A DNA stretch of 64,000 nucleotides from Octopus sinensis. Taxonomy: Eukaryota. Both the position numbers and the translations under genes were made by a program. Below are positions 11,690 through 23,853 of this stretch, one piece after another. Position 1 is the stretch's first letter. The number at the start of each line of letters is the position of its first letter. The DNA lies in assembly GCF_006345805.1 (NCBI RefSeq), contig NC_042997.1, positions 42,656,001 to 42,720,000 on the forward strand. The letters are read 5' to 3'. The notes under the pieces are model-generated. The model made no database searches. It was not told the DNA's origin and saw only the letters and a program-made list of their open reading frames with translations.

Positions 11690-12070
11690 CATACCAGAGT
11701 TATAAATCAAAAACGGTTGAGGAAGAACTAACGATAAAATCGGAAGTTTTTGTTTCTTAATCGCCGTCAATTTCTTCTCAGATAAAGAAAAAGATACATT
11801 TGATTTGATCAATGTCACAGTATTATATACCTATTTTATTGTTGGCAGAAAGATAGAAAGCAAAGTTTCTCCTAACGATACACCATAATCTGCATTGAAA
11901 ATCGCGAGATCCCATAATTATTGTCGACATTCAACAAACACTTCAGCGATTTACATTTCAAACATACAAAATAAAAATATAAATAAATGAATATTTTCAA
12001 GGAAGAAAACCTTAGAATCAGCTGTTCAGAAGTTATTTCCCTTGAAATGTGCATGCGCCTGCGTTTTGCT
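11690..12070. promoter_or_regulatory. Putative CpG-retaining housekeeping-type promoter and noncoding first exon of a second gene (probably minus strand)
   Basis: Unique sequence with an unusual density of CpG. ETS-like CGGAAGT (11741), TCGCGAGA (11902), NRF1-like GCATGCGCCTGCG (12051), and a minus-strand donor G|GTATGA at 11695/11694. Confidence 0.45.
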
Positions 12071-12164
12071 GTCTTATGTTTTAGAAATGAATTATACATA
12101 CATACATACAGACACACACACACACACACACATACATACATACATATGTATATGTGTGTGTGTG

Positions 12165-12205
<41 letters not shown>

Positions 12206-12265
12206 TTACAGTTTGAGTCAGCTAACCCCTACCAAATATCTTGAGTGCTTCTTATATTTGTTTAC

Positions 12266-12730
12266 TCATCATCATCATCATTTAATGTCTGTTTTCCATG
12301 CTGGCATGGGTTGGGCGCTTTGGCCAGAGATGGCAAGCTGGGGAGCTGCACCAGGTTCCAGTCTGATTTGGAATGGTTTCCATGGCTGGATGCCCTTCCT
12401 AATGCCAACTACTTTATAGAGTGTCTTGGGTGCTTTTAAGTGGCACCACAGTTGCACTTTTATGTGGCTTTACATTACCGGGGGGACCAATCTGAATACT
12501 TCTGCTGCAGAGTACGGGTCTTCTTGAGTACAACATGGTGCCAGGCATCTCAGCTGAAAGCTTCAGGGTCCTGAGGTCATTCTGCAGTACTTCAGCCCAT
12601 GTCTTCCAAGGTTTTCCACTTCCACATGTTACATCTACTTTGAGAGATTGGAACTTCTTTATGCAGTTTTCTGCATCCATCTACATCACATGACCAAACC
12701 AGAACAGTCTTCTCTTTTGCACACAGCAAT
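12266..12730 (-). mobile_element. RTE LINE 3' end (further copies 16870-17428 +, 19055-19322 +, 21050-21240 +, 25800-25960 -, 29199-29550 -, 43270-43616 +, 49270-49620 -, 51475-51713 +, 63560-63760 +)
   Basis: Same 3' UTR as the RT-bearing copy at 44333-45838 (GGATGCCCTTCCTAA.GCCAAC core), ending in a (GAT)n tail. Confidence 0.88.
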
Positions 12731-13006
12731 TAATTCCTCCGCAGTAACACACACACACATATATATATATATACATACATACATACATATGTAGGTGAAT
12801 AAAAACAAAATGAGCAACATGATATCAAGAGGTGGTGCAGTACGACCGTTTCATTTAATTGAACAATGCAATCATTACATCAATTTAAATGCAGGGCTAT
12901 CTTTAGCTGCATAAATGAATAGAATTTTTAATCAGTTGGATACATTAATGTAATTTTACTCAAATTCTCTAATAGAGTAAGAAGAGGGAAAGAGTCCATG
13001 CTGCTA

Positions 13007-13437
13007 CTAATGTAGCTAAGAATATACTACACTTCTAAGAACTGTATGAAGTTTGTTAGGGTCGTAGCTTGTAAAGGAGTGGTTCATTTTTAATTTATTA
13101 GTTTTTTTTAATCAACTACCAAATCTAAGGTTAGAGGACAGTGTGTGTTTAGAATGGAGAGCAAGAGTGAGTTAGGTATGATTATAAATTACAAATGAAC
13201 CACAATTCTTTACAAGCTATGACCCTAACAAACTTCATACAGTTCTTAGAAGTGTAGTATATTCTTAGCTACATTAGCCACTAAACCATTTTTATTTTCT
13301 CACCCTGTTTATTTCTGTCGAAGAGTGTAGGCCCAAAATGTAAAAGACTATCTCACTTCCTGAGCGTTAAACTGATACATCTGTTTGTTGTTTACACACC
13401 TGTCTTCGTCTTTTCTTTTCTTGTAAATTCTCACTAT
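13007..13437 (+). mobile_element. Penelope-like remnant: ~92-bp inverted arms plus a decayed hammerhead
   Basis: Arms 13007-13098 and 13184-13277. Downstream CTGTCGA-A-GAGT-GTAG-GCCC-AAAAT-GTA-AAAG (13315-13345) resembles a CpG-decayed CUGAUGA/GAAAC/GUA core. Confidence 0.55.
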
Positions 13438-13439
13438 AC

Positions 13440-13825
13440 TCTTTTACTTGTTTCAGTCATTTGACTGTGGCCATGCTGGAGCACCGCCTTTAGTCGAGCA
13501 AATCAACCCCAGGACTTATTCTTTGTAAGCCTAATACTTATTCTATTGGTCTCTTTTGCCGATCCGCTAAGTTACGGGGACGTAAACACATTACCATCGG
13601 TTGTCAAACGATGTTGAGGGGGAACAAACACAAACACATAAACATATACACACACATACATATATATATATATATGATGTGCTTCTTTCAGTTTCTGTCT
13701 ACCAAATCCACTCACAAGGTTTTGGTTGGCCTGAGGCTATGGTAGAAGACACTTGCCCAAGGTGCCATGCAGTGGAAATAAACCCGGAACCATGTGGTTG
13801 GTAAGCAAGCTACTTACCACACAGC
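13440..13825 (-). mobile_element. Adjacent SINE copies of two abundant families (also 21745-21895, 26040-26200, 27700-28065, 53400-53685, 60243-60410 and others)
   Basis: Recurrent motifs CTTTTACTTGTTTCAGTCATTTGACTG.GGCCATGCTGG and GAAGACACTTGCCCAAGGTGCCA.GCAGTGGGACTGAACCC (reverse complement of a tRNA-like head). Confidence 0.8.
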
Positions 13826-13974
13826 CACATATATATACACATATATACATACATACATACATTTACAAACACACGTATACATATATATATATACACACAC
13901 ATACATACATATATACACACATACATATATATATATACACACACATACATACATATACACACATACGTACATAT

Positions 13975-14020
<46 letters not shown>

Positions 14021-14398
14021 GCTGAAAATTTTGGGGGCCTGAGTTTTCAAATTTCTCCTGCTGCTTTTTTTTCAAAATATGTCATTAATTTAAATAGAAA
14101 TGTGATCATCATCATCATCATCATCTCAGTTATTTGATGTCACTAAAGTATGAAAGCAATTGTAGTTGTACTTAACCTGTGAGTTGACCTAGAAACTTTA
14201 GTTCAGTTAATACCATGTTATTGAGGACTGGTCATCATTGGTACTTATGGCTCCATCATAATTTCTCTCGGCGCCAGTTACGTTAAAATGTTGTTATCAT
14301 TGAAGATGTTATCATTTTGAAGATGTCACAGGTATTTTTGTCTTTTAACTTGATGTAAAATCTGTTTGGAGATTGGGCATTGGGGTTACCTGTAAAGA

Positions 14399-14772
14399 GT
14401 GGAGGCGCAATGGCCCAGTGGTTAGGGCAGCGGACTCGTGGTTTCAATTCCCAGACCAGGCGTTGTGAGTGTTTATTGAGCGAAAACACCTAAAAGCTCC
14501 ACGAGGCTCCGGCAGGGGATGGTGGTGATCCCTGCTGTACTCTTTCACCACAACTTTCTCTCACTCTTACTTCCTGTTTGTGTTGTACCTGTATTTCAAA
14601 GGGCCGGCCTTGTCACTCTCTGTGTCACGCTGAATATCCCCGAGAAATACGGTAAGGGTGCACGTGTCTGTGGAGTGCTCAGCCACTTACACATTAATTT
14701 CATGAGCAGGCTGTTCCGTTGATTCGGATTCAACCGGAACCCTCATCGTCGTAACCGACGGAGTGCTTCCAC
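14399..14772 (+). mobile_element. Young tRNA-derived SINE (family A), copy 2
   Basis: Same sequence as copy 1; TSD ACCTGTAAAGA (14388-14398, 14773-14783). Confidence 0.95.
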
Positions 14773-15374
14773 ACCTGTAAAGATCAGAAACTTTGACAAA
14801 CTTGTTGACTATCCAGTCATTCCTTTGTAAGCTTCTATTTTATCTGTGTAGTCAGGAAAATGACTAACCTAACTCTATGGAGCATGAAAATTGCTAAAAC
14901 TAGTCAAGCAAGTCTCATTTTCCTAGTCACAGATTAGAAAAAAAATAAACATACCTACTTTTTACTTGAGGCTAAAAGTATGTTTATTAAAACCAGGTCA
15001 TGTATTTTCCTTATATCTCCATGAAGAAAATTATCTGCAAAGTTAGTCTTCATTTGTACGTAATGACTGCTTTATCCTGTTCCACAACCTTAACCATTTG
15101 TTTCTGTTGAAATATACTGCGTTTGTTTCAATTAATTTTGAAATTAATAAAATAACTTTGCCATTACTAAGTTGGTCTGGGACATAAATTGATATGAAAT
15201 TTTGATGGTAGATTTTAATTTAGTTCACTTTAAAAGCAAGTTCATATCATAGAACCAAGAGTCGACTTGGGCAAGTTTATCACAAGGGTCAAAGTTCTTA
15301 TTTTTCTCTATCCAGGAAGCATTTTTTGGGGTGCCTTGAACTATTGGTGACTCAACAGGTCACATGTAGTCTAG

Positions 15375-15874
15375 TATACTTTTAAAGTGACACACAGTCA
15401 CTGATCTCATAAAGAGGAAAACCATTAGTTTTAAATCTCTGAGCGAGAAGTAACAGTACTACAGAGAAAACTGTATTTGCCAATGTAAAGTGACAGTCCT
15501 GATTAGGAGGATGTTACTACCTTGTTTATGAGATCAGTGACTGTGTGTCACTTTAAAAGTATATACCTTGAACAAGGCCTAGTGCTGCCATCTCTATCCA
15601 ATGGTTATCCTGTGCTGATGAAGAGAAATAACTCAGAAACCATGGTCTGCAGATACTGTTAAAGGCTGAGTGGCAACATTAGCTCCCTTGTTTGAGGTAT
15701 AAGGATGCAGTTGTGTGTTGGTAGCCAGTGGGAAAAGATGTTTTCCTGGGGCTAAACAAGGTAGTAACAGCGTCCTAATCAAGACTGCCACTTAATGTTG
15801 GCATATAGATTTTACTCTGTAGTACTATTACTACTTACTTCTCGCCCAGAGATTTAAAACTAATTGTTTTCCTC
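15375..15874 (+). mobile_element. Hammerhead-containing retrozyme/Penelope-like element with nested inverted repeats
   Basis: 39-bp perfect IR (15375-15413 / 15525-15563); 15414-15524 is an inverted, diverged copy of 15753-15874; hammerhead at 15606-15655. Confidence 0.7.
15606..15655 (+). ncRNA. Type I hammerhead ribozyme motif (slightly degenerate)
   Basis: TATCCTGTG-CTGATGA-AGAG-AAATAA-CTCA-GAAAC-CATG-GTC-TGCAGATA: full CUGAUGA and GAAA core, GUC cleavage triplet (cut after 15647), palindromic stem III ACCATGGT, stem I with G.U pairs, A.A mismatch at the base of stem II. Confidence 0.65.
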
Positions 15875-17942
15875 AATACAAAGATTGATTTTACTTTTCA
15901 TTCTTTTAGAGATCAATAAAATATGTTCCAATCATGACTGAATGAATCAACAATTTTCTAGTATCACCTTTGAAATCTGTGATCTTCTGACCTCATAATA
16001 AATCTTTACTAGTACACTATTTGTTATTGTAGCTGTTACACCTGCTATTCAGTAGATAGTAGAATTAATGAAATTCTACTAAGAACAATTATAGCACATT
16101 TGTCACAAGATGTCTGTTCTTATACTTTTGTATGATATTCAGTAGGTCTTGTGACTAACTATACTAAATATACAGTAGATTGATTGGTACTGCTCAGGTG
16201 TCAAAAACATAATGATATCTGTTAGATAGTTGAAGATGGATGTATATGTATGATGTGCTTGCTGGCTGCATCTTGTGTTGATTTGGTTCTAAGTTGTCCT
16301 TTATTAAAATTCTAGTTCTTATAAGGTTAAACTTGTTTAAGGGTTCATGGTTTCTTTGTTTATGGTGGTTTGTTGTATATATTATACTATATAATACCCT
16401 TCATCAAGATTCTAATTCTGGTAAGGGTAATATTTGTTCAGGGGTTTCCAGTTTATGGGGTCTTGTTGCATATACATTTTTATGATAGCCTATTACAAAA
16501 TATCTTTTTTTATAACATTATAAAAGGACAGTGGATTAGAGCACTTAAAGAACACCTTGTGTCATTTGTATTCACATCTTGCTATGGTCAACAACCCCTT
16601 TCATCCTTCCATGGTCAATAAAATAAACTACCAATCAAGAACTGGAGTCAATGCTAGTCTTTTCATCGCTTTCCAAATTTTTGTCATTGTACCAAAATTA
16701 CAAATGATTATAACATGACATATATTTTTATAACAACAATAAATGCAATGAATTGGCTGAACCATTAGAATGTCAGACAAAATATCTTGCAGTATTTGTT
16801 CTAGTTTTTTATGTTTTGAGTTCAAATACTGTCGAGGTCAACTTTGCCTTTCATCCTTCCAGCATCTTGGAAATATCCTTCCGAGACATTTGGAAATATG
16901 CTGTGCGTGAGAAGACCAGTCAGGACAAGTGAGTCCAGCCCACTTATGCATGCCTTTCCTCCCTTGGACACACAAAGACCTGTTGAGGCAAGCCAAGTCG
17001 ATATCGAACCTCATCCGACGACAGGCACCCATGCCAACCCCCTCTGCTTGCGAAGACATGTTGGGGCAAGCGAAATCGAAATCGAATTGAACCAGCCTTA
17101 TCCCTGGTCTGGTGGTACGTAAAAAGCACTATCCGACTCGTGGCCGATGCCAGTGCCGCCTCGACTGGCTTCCATGCCGGTGGCACGTAAAATACACCAA
17201 TCCGACCATGGCCGTTGCCAGCCTTGCCTGGCACCTGTGCAGGTGGCATGTAAAAAGCACCCACTACACTCACGGAGTGGTTGGCATTAGGAAGTGGTTG
17301 GCATCCAGCTGTAGAAACATTGCCAGATAAGACAGCCTTCTGTCTTCCCAGATCCCCGGTCGAACCGTCCAACCCATGCTAGCATGGAGAACGGACGTTA
17401 AACGATGATGATGATGATGATGATGATGGGACATAGTAATATGTAACTTAATGCAATAATGTGTTCCCTAATGGTCTGTTGTAGTCAAGCATCTAAATGC
17501 ACTTGGAGCACCTATTGTAGGGTTCTAAACAACCATACTGGTGAAATGGGCATAGGAACTATGATATAAACTTGAGTTTATCTTTATTTCTCTCTCTCTC
17601 TCTCAGTAACTATTGTTGTCCATGCCATACTACAAAATGATGATCTAAACATAATGAAGATAATAAAAGACATGCAACAACAAATAGAAATACTCTTGGA
17701 GAATCTGCAAACAAATATTCATATTACAATTACACTGAGTAAAATTTGTTTATTCTACCAACATGACCGAAATGATACTGAAATCCATTTGTGTTAAAAA
17801 AAAAGAATATTTTCAAGTGGCAACTACCATTTTGTTGCACTAGACAGATGGAATTAAGGCTGTTAAAATGCAACTATGAAATTATTTCTACTTGATAAGA
17901 ACAAAAGAAACTCTTCTATCTTACGAGCAATATTATTGAGCT

Positions 17943-18331
17943 TGTGGAGGCGCAATGGCCCAGTGGTTAGGGCAGCGAACTCGCGGTCATAGGATCGCGG
18001 TTTCGATTCCCAGACCGGGCATTGTGAGTGTTTATTGAGCGAAAACACCTAAAGCTCCACGAGGCTCCGGCAGGGGATGGTGGTGATCCCTGCTGTACTC
18101 TTTCACCACAACTTTCTCTCACTCTTACTTCCTGTTTCTGTTGTACCTGTATTTCAAAGGGCCGGCCTTGTCACTCTCTGTGTCACGCTGAATATCCCCG
18201 AGAACTACGTTAAGGGTACACGTGTCTGTGGAGGGCTCAGCCACTTACACGTTAATTTCACGAGCAGGCTGTTCCGTTGATTCGGATCAACCGGAACCCT
18301 CGTCGTCGTAACCGACGGAGTGCTTCCATCC
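17943..18331 (+). mobile_element. Young tRNA-derived SINE (family A), copy 3
   Basis: Full length; TSD ATTATTGAGCT (17932-17942, 18332-18342). Confidence 0.95.
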
Positions 18332-18979
18332 ATTATTGAGCTCTCAACTGGTTTCCTTCAGTGAACATAAACTAGTGGATTTAAGCTCTATATAGCTTAC
18401 ATAAAGACTTAAATTCTGGGAGTCAATGTTCACCCAACAGAATGTATATACAGGCATGTGCATGCATATGTGTGTGTGTGGTTAGGGACATGTTCACATT
18501 TTGGCATGGAAGAAGATAGTAATCTTTTATTTCCATAGATCTGAAGTTGGTAGCCGCAGACCTATTGAGGGCAGCTGGTGTAGATGACAAAATATTGCAC
18601 ATTTTTAATACCATCATGCTGAGTTAGAAGTCCTATTGTAGGGTAAACATCTGGCATGATTTATAGTCTGGGCCACACATGTAGTTAGACAGAAAAGCTC
18701 AGTTGTCATGACTTTGCCTGGCCACTGAGCACATTGTGTAAGAACGAGAGAGAGAGAGAGAGGGAGAGAAAGAGGGAGAGAGAGAGAGAGAGAGTGAGAG
18801 AAAGAGGGAGAGAGAGAGAGAGAGAGAGATTGATGTATATCTAGCTCTTTCTCACTATATAAAAAATATAACACCTTGTGCAAGTCTAGCACCTGCATCT
18901 GCAGCTGCTATTTCATGGATGAGTTATTTGACACACATATACATATTTCAACAGATAAATATTTTCACCAGTATCTGTC

Positions 18980-20493
18980 TATGAGGATGGGCTGAACAGT
19001 TCATAGGCTGATTGTGAAGGAGCGGTGCAAGAGCAGCTGTGAAATCTTGCATGCATTGGCCCCCATGCCGGTGGCACATAAAAAGCACCATCTGTTCGTG
19101 GCCGTTTGCCAGCTCTGTCTGGCACCTGTGCGGGTGGCACGTAAAAAGCACCCACTACACTCACGGAGTGGTTGGCGTTAGGAAGGGCATCCAGCCGTAG
19201 AAACACTGCCAGATCTGACTAGGCCTGATGAAGCCTTCCGGCTTCACAGACCCCAGTTGAACCGTCCAACCCATGCTAGCATGGAAAGCAGACACTAAAC
19301 GATGATGATGATGATGATGATTAATTTCAACACTTCTTGTTAATAAATGCATTGTTTCTTTCCAGGTAAACTGATATCTAATTGCCCAAAGAAAACTTTG
19401 AAAGTAACTAGTAGAGACTTCCTTTGAAAATGGACAAAATTTGACAATGTGTTATAATCAGGTACCTTCAGGAAAAGGGTTTAGCCCCCAAGGAAAATCC
19501 ATGCTGACATGGTTGCTACATTAAAGGATGATGCTCCAACTTTATCAACAGTGCAGGAGGGGAAGGGAGAGTATCTTGCAAATGCCACCACCAAGGAAAA
19601 TATTGATTGCATACACCACAGAGTGATGGATTACAAGCGACTGTCTATAAATCAAATAGCATATCCCATGAGATATGTGTGTGTGTGTATAGCACATCCC
19701 ATGAGAGAGCTGAGAATATTTTGCACAATGAATTTGGCATGATGAAGGTTTCTGCTCAGTGGATTCCATGTCTTCTGACACCTGATCAAAAGTGCACCAG
19801 GCTGATCATATCACAGGAAAATCTGACATTATTTCAGGCAGACCCAGCTGGTTTCCTTGAATGTTTCCTAACCCAGGATGGGTGTTGGGGTCATCACTTT
19901 GAGCCAGAGACAAAGAGACAATCCATACAGTGGTGCCTACTCCTCCTCACCTGCTTCAAAGAAGGCCAGTGTCATTTCATCGGCAGTGAAGGTGTTAGCC
20001 TGTGTTAGCCTCAGTTTTTTGGGATGCAAAAGGTATTGTGTTTATTGACTTACCTTCAAAAGGGCCATACCATCAAAGGAAACTGAGGCAGCTATCAAGA
20101 TGAAACACCCAGGAAAACTGATGAAAGAGGTCTTATTTCATCATGCAGTACACAAGTCCATGTTTTCAATGGCTGCTGAGCATGACTGGTTGATCATCCT
20201 CTCTGTTCTCTTGATTTGGCCCCATCCTACTACCATCTGTTCCCCTACATGAAAAAACAGTTGGGTGGGAACCAGAATCACAGTGATGGTGACATCATAT
20301 CTGCTGTCAATGAATTTTTTTTGAGCAACAGGATGAAAGCTTCTTAACTAATGGGATCCAAGCACTGCAACACTGGTGGAAGTAGTGTGTGGACTGCAAG
20401 GGGGGGGGGAACTATGTTGAAAAATAACCTCATTTGGACATATTCCATGAGAACATTTTGTTCAGCCTATGAACTTTTCAGTTGACCTTCACA
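18980..20493 (+). mobile_element. Degraded mariner interrupted by an RTE 3'-end insertion (19055-19322)
   Basis: TIRs TATGAGGATGGGCTGAACAGTTCATAGGCTGA / TCAGCCTATGAACTTTTCAGTTGACCTTCAC; motifs KVSAQWIPCLLT, FLTQDGCWGHHFEPETKRQS, DLAPSYYHLF. Confidence 0.85.
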
Positions 20494-20948
20494 TTTGTAA
20501 CCAATTACTGATTAAGATCCCAATATGTAGTTTAGGAACCCTATCTCAGACTGAAGAGGTTTTGACATCTAAGGTACCTTAGCTCTGGAGCACTTTAATG
20601 ACCCAAGGATGAGCAGGTTAAATGCAGACAGTATCACAATATGTGAAAGTAGCAAGTTATCTAGGTGTCATGACCTGGTTCCCTTACAACATAGAGTTAA
20701 GGACCAAAAAAACTTGCATAAGGATGGGACTTCTCTAAAGATCAGCTCTCCTTAGAGTTGTTCCCTATCCAATAGGGAAATAAATTCATTAAAAAATGTA
20801 GGCTGTTAACAATTGCAATTTTTATAAAGTGTTCTAAAACAACACACCCAGGCATCATGAATTTAGGACAAGTTAAGATATTTAGCAGTATAAAAAATAT
20901 TTTTCAGCAAAACACATTGTCCTTCACTCATCCTCTTTGTTTACTTAC

Positions 20949-21018
20949 CATTCCTCATCCTTCTGCCTGAGATCAATACCTACTCTCCATTCTGTTTCTC
21001 TTTCAGTTATAGGGGCCA
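20949..21018 (-). CDS. Host gene exon (70 nt, phase 1 to 2): (M)APITERETEWRVGIDLRQKDEE
   Basis: TACAG acceptor, G|GTAAGT donor, open in the phase required by the upstream exon. Confidence 0.7.
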
Positions 21019-21426
21019 CTGTAAGGCCTTAGCCTTGCAAATTATGAGGCAATCATCACTAGTGCTGATGCCATGCAAAAGGCATATTCTGTAAATCTGT
21101 TGGTGTTAGAAAGGACATATACAAAGCAGACTAAAGGAAATATTGATGCATGATACATGATCCAGCAATTTGTCAGACATGACCAAACTATCCAGACCAT
21201 GTCAGCATGCAGGAAAAACGAAAAATGATGATGATATATCTGAATCAAAGATGAAGTGGTTATCACAGGAATATCTTAGATCATAGGTCTAGTCATTTAG
21301 AACTGATTGGGGCCTAAATGGCATCAACAATAACATGTATTTAAAGGTTAACATCATAGGTGTAGATGTGTCTCCATAGGTGACTTGTCAAAAGGTACCA
21401 AATTCTTTATTTGTTGTCTCACTTAC

Positions 21427-21480
21427 TTCTACAATAAGGCATTTTGGTAGTTGTAGAGTATGGCATATCTCCACAAGGAA
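21427..21480 (-). CDS. Host gene exon (54 nt, phase 1 to 1): (V)PCGDMPYSTTTKMPYCR
   Basis: TTCTACATTGTATTTCAG acceptor, GTAAGT donor, open frame, phase-compatible. Confidence 0.75.
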
Positions 21481-21984
21481 CTGAAATACAATGTAGAACT
21501 CTTCTCACATAAATAAGCAATAAAATAATGTACACAAGTAAGTAAATGAACCAAATAAAATGTGATACACCTATAATAAAAAAATGGCTAAATAAAACCA
21601 TAAAATTTACATGTAGTTAGGATAGAACAAAAAAGACAATTGGACATTTGAACTGACGTTCACTTTTTCTCAAGATGAATAATCTAGCATATCCCCTCTC
21701 TCTCTTTCGGAGAGGCACTGAGCACCTACACGTACATATACACACACGGCAGTAACTTCCACCTACCGAATTCAATCACAAAGCTTCGGTCAGCTCGGGG
21801 CTATAGCGGAAGACACCTACCCAAAGTGCCATGCAGTGGGACTGAACCCGAAACCATATAGTTAGGAAGCAAGCTCCCTAACCACACAGCCATGCCCGAC
21901 ACACACACACACATCTATACATACATTTAACTATTTCCACCAACATGTATGTATACACATGGATATATATATATAAATATCCAG

Positions 21985-22560
21985 GTGATACATGAAAGAG
22001 TCATACTCAATGATTGGTGTAGCAGCACCATAGTCAACTACCACAAAGGTAAGGGTGACACTTTAGATACAAATAATTACAGAGATATCAAGTTGTTGGA
22101 TCAGGTAATGAAGGTCATGGAGAGGGTCATAGCCCAACTAATTAGGGAGAGAGTCAGTTGAGATGAGATGCAGTTTTGGTTCGTGCTAAGGTAAAGCACC
22201 ACTGATGCTATATTTCTGGTAACACAACTGCTCTAATTGGTGAGTCACTATCAGAACTAGAGGAAAAGTTGCAGGTGTGAAAGCAAGGATTAGAATGGAA
22301 GGGCCTTAGAGTCAACTTAGCTAAAAACCATAGTTTTCATAAGTAGGAAGGTAGACAAATCACAAATTCCTTCAGGTAGATGGCCCTGCTTGATCTGTAG
22401 AAAAAGCGTAGGTAGAAACTCCATAAGATGTATCCAATGTAAGTTATGTACACATAAGAGGTGCAGCAATATCAAAGGAAGGCTAACTGGGAAGATAGTT
22501 TTTGTATGTGGCAGATGCTCAAGTGCTATAAACACTGAAAATGTGCAAAAATTCCATCAA
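21985..22560 (+). mobile_element. Degraded, internally deleted RTE LINE fragment
   Basis: SSTIVNYHKGKGD..NYRDIKLLDQVMKVMERV and CRKSVGRNSIRC.QCKL..HKRCS, same family as 44333-45838. Confidence 0.8.
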
Positions 22561-22956
22561 ATGAATCCGCTCACAAGGCTTTGATTGGCCCAAAGCTTTA
22601 GTAGGAGGTGCCATGCAGAGGGGATGAACTTGGAACCATGTTGTTGGGAAGCAAATTTCTAGCTATGTCTGATGAAAAGTCAAACAAGTTTATCAAATGT
22701 ATGAGAGATAATTTTTGTAATTGATTATTCATAAAAATTCACCACGGAAAGTAGATCTCTGAGTGTTATTAATTACTAATGAGTAGAATAATGATATAAT
22801 ATAATTTGTGTTTTTATGATGGTAGAAAATATCAATAGAGTTAAATGTCAAATGAAATAGGTTAAAATATTGAGTTGTGTCTGTAGCCATAGCTGTAGAA
22901 TATTATTCAAATGGATGCCTTATAAAACTATTCTGCACATACAATAACAGCCATAC

Positions 22957-23000
22957 CAACATCCGACACACTTCCATCATCAGCTGCCCCATGGATATCA
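22957..23000 (-). CDS. Host gene exon (44 nt, phase 2 to 1): (S)DIHGAADDGSVSDV; an alternative upstream acceptor at 23052 gives a stop-containing 96-nt form
   Basis: GTATGG donor at 22956. The proximal CACAG acceptor is weak but restores frame; the distal CTAAC...TTATTTTAG acceptor is stronger but leads to TGA at 23000-22998. Confidence 0.5.
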
Positions 23001-23299
23001 CTGTGGTTTCAACACCTGGGAAGTACCACTCAATCTGGCAATGTCAACAGCACTAAAATAAGTGTTAGTTGGGAACAAACATAACTTAGATATCACCACA
23101 TTCATTCAATCTTAATTCTACGAAGGTTAGGTAAGTTCTTGGCAAAACAGAAACAGCAATTTAAGCTTATTGAAGGGATTTCACTTCTTTGAAGCAAACA
23201 GTTCTTCAGTGGAGAATGAATATCACATTTCTCCCCTTTCCTCTAAAAGACAGAGCCTTTGCATTAACACCAAGTCAAATAAAAAATTAGTTTGTTTCT

Positions 23300-23528
23300 T
23301 TAACCCTTTAGTGTTCACATTATTCTGCCAAAATTAATCCTTTTTCATCCACATTGTTTTGAACTAATCATGCATTATCTTGTAGCTTTGAGATTTTAAT
23401 GAGGTAGCTGCTAATTTTTAAAACGACATTGTAGGGTTGGTGTGAGAGACCAGATATGGCCAGTTTGAACATAAAACAGGCAGAATACATTTGGCCAGAT
23501 ATGGCCGGTTTAAATGCTAAAGGGTTAA
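23300..23528. mobile_element. piggyBac-like MITE (further copies 24766-24987, 30005-30231 inverted, 55485-55675; related family 61095-61322)
   Basis: TTAA-CCCTTT...AAAGGG-TTAA termini and a shared internal sequence. Confidence 0.8.
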
Positions 23529-23607
23529 GGTTACAAGTTCAAGTCCTGTCAAGGATGACTGTGTCTTTTATTCTTTCAAGGTTAACAAAATAAGGGCATT
23601 TTTTTCA

Positions 23608-23853
23608 ATATAACTCAACAAAATCAAAACATTTCACTTTGGGTATTTCCGTGGAAGCAAATGACAGATTCTGTTTTCTGCTTGGAAATTTGTAGATTTT
23701 ACATACACACATGAAACGGGTAAGAACAAATATGCAAGACTTTTTTTTCTTCAAGTTTAAAATGAGACATTGCTGGCATAATTTCGTTATATCTAAACTC
23801 CACAACCCACGGAAGTACCCAAAGTGAAATGTTTTGATTTTGTCGAGTTATAT
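23608..23853. mobile_element. MITE/foldback element with 47-bp terminal inverted repeats
   Basis: 23608-23654 is the reverse complement of 23807-23853 with 2 mismatches; TA at both outer ends. Confidence 0.65.

Noticed and set aside
18423-18620. Possible continuation exon of the host gene (CMMVLKMCNILSSTPAALNRS...)
   Set aside because: Several alternative acceptors give different outcomes and the frame runs into a microsatellite; I cannot choose one without transcripts.
19225-19250. CTGATGA followed by a hairpin (AGCC-TTCC-GGCT)
   Set aside because: No GAAA or NUH follows; it is part of the RTE 3' UTR and is not conserved in sister copies.
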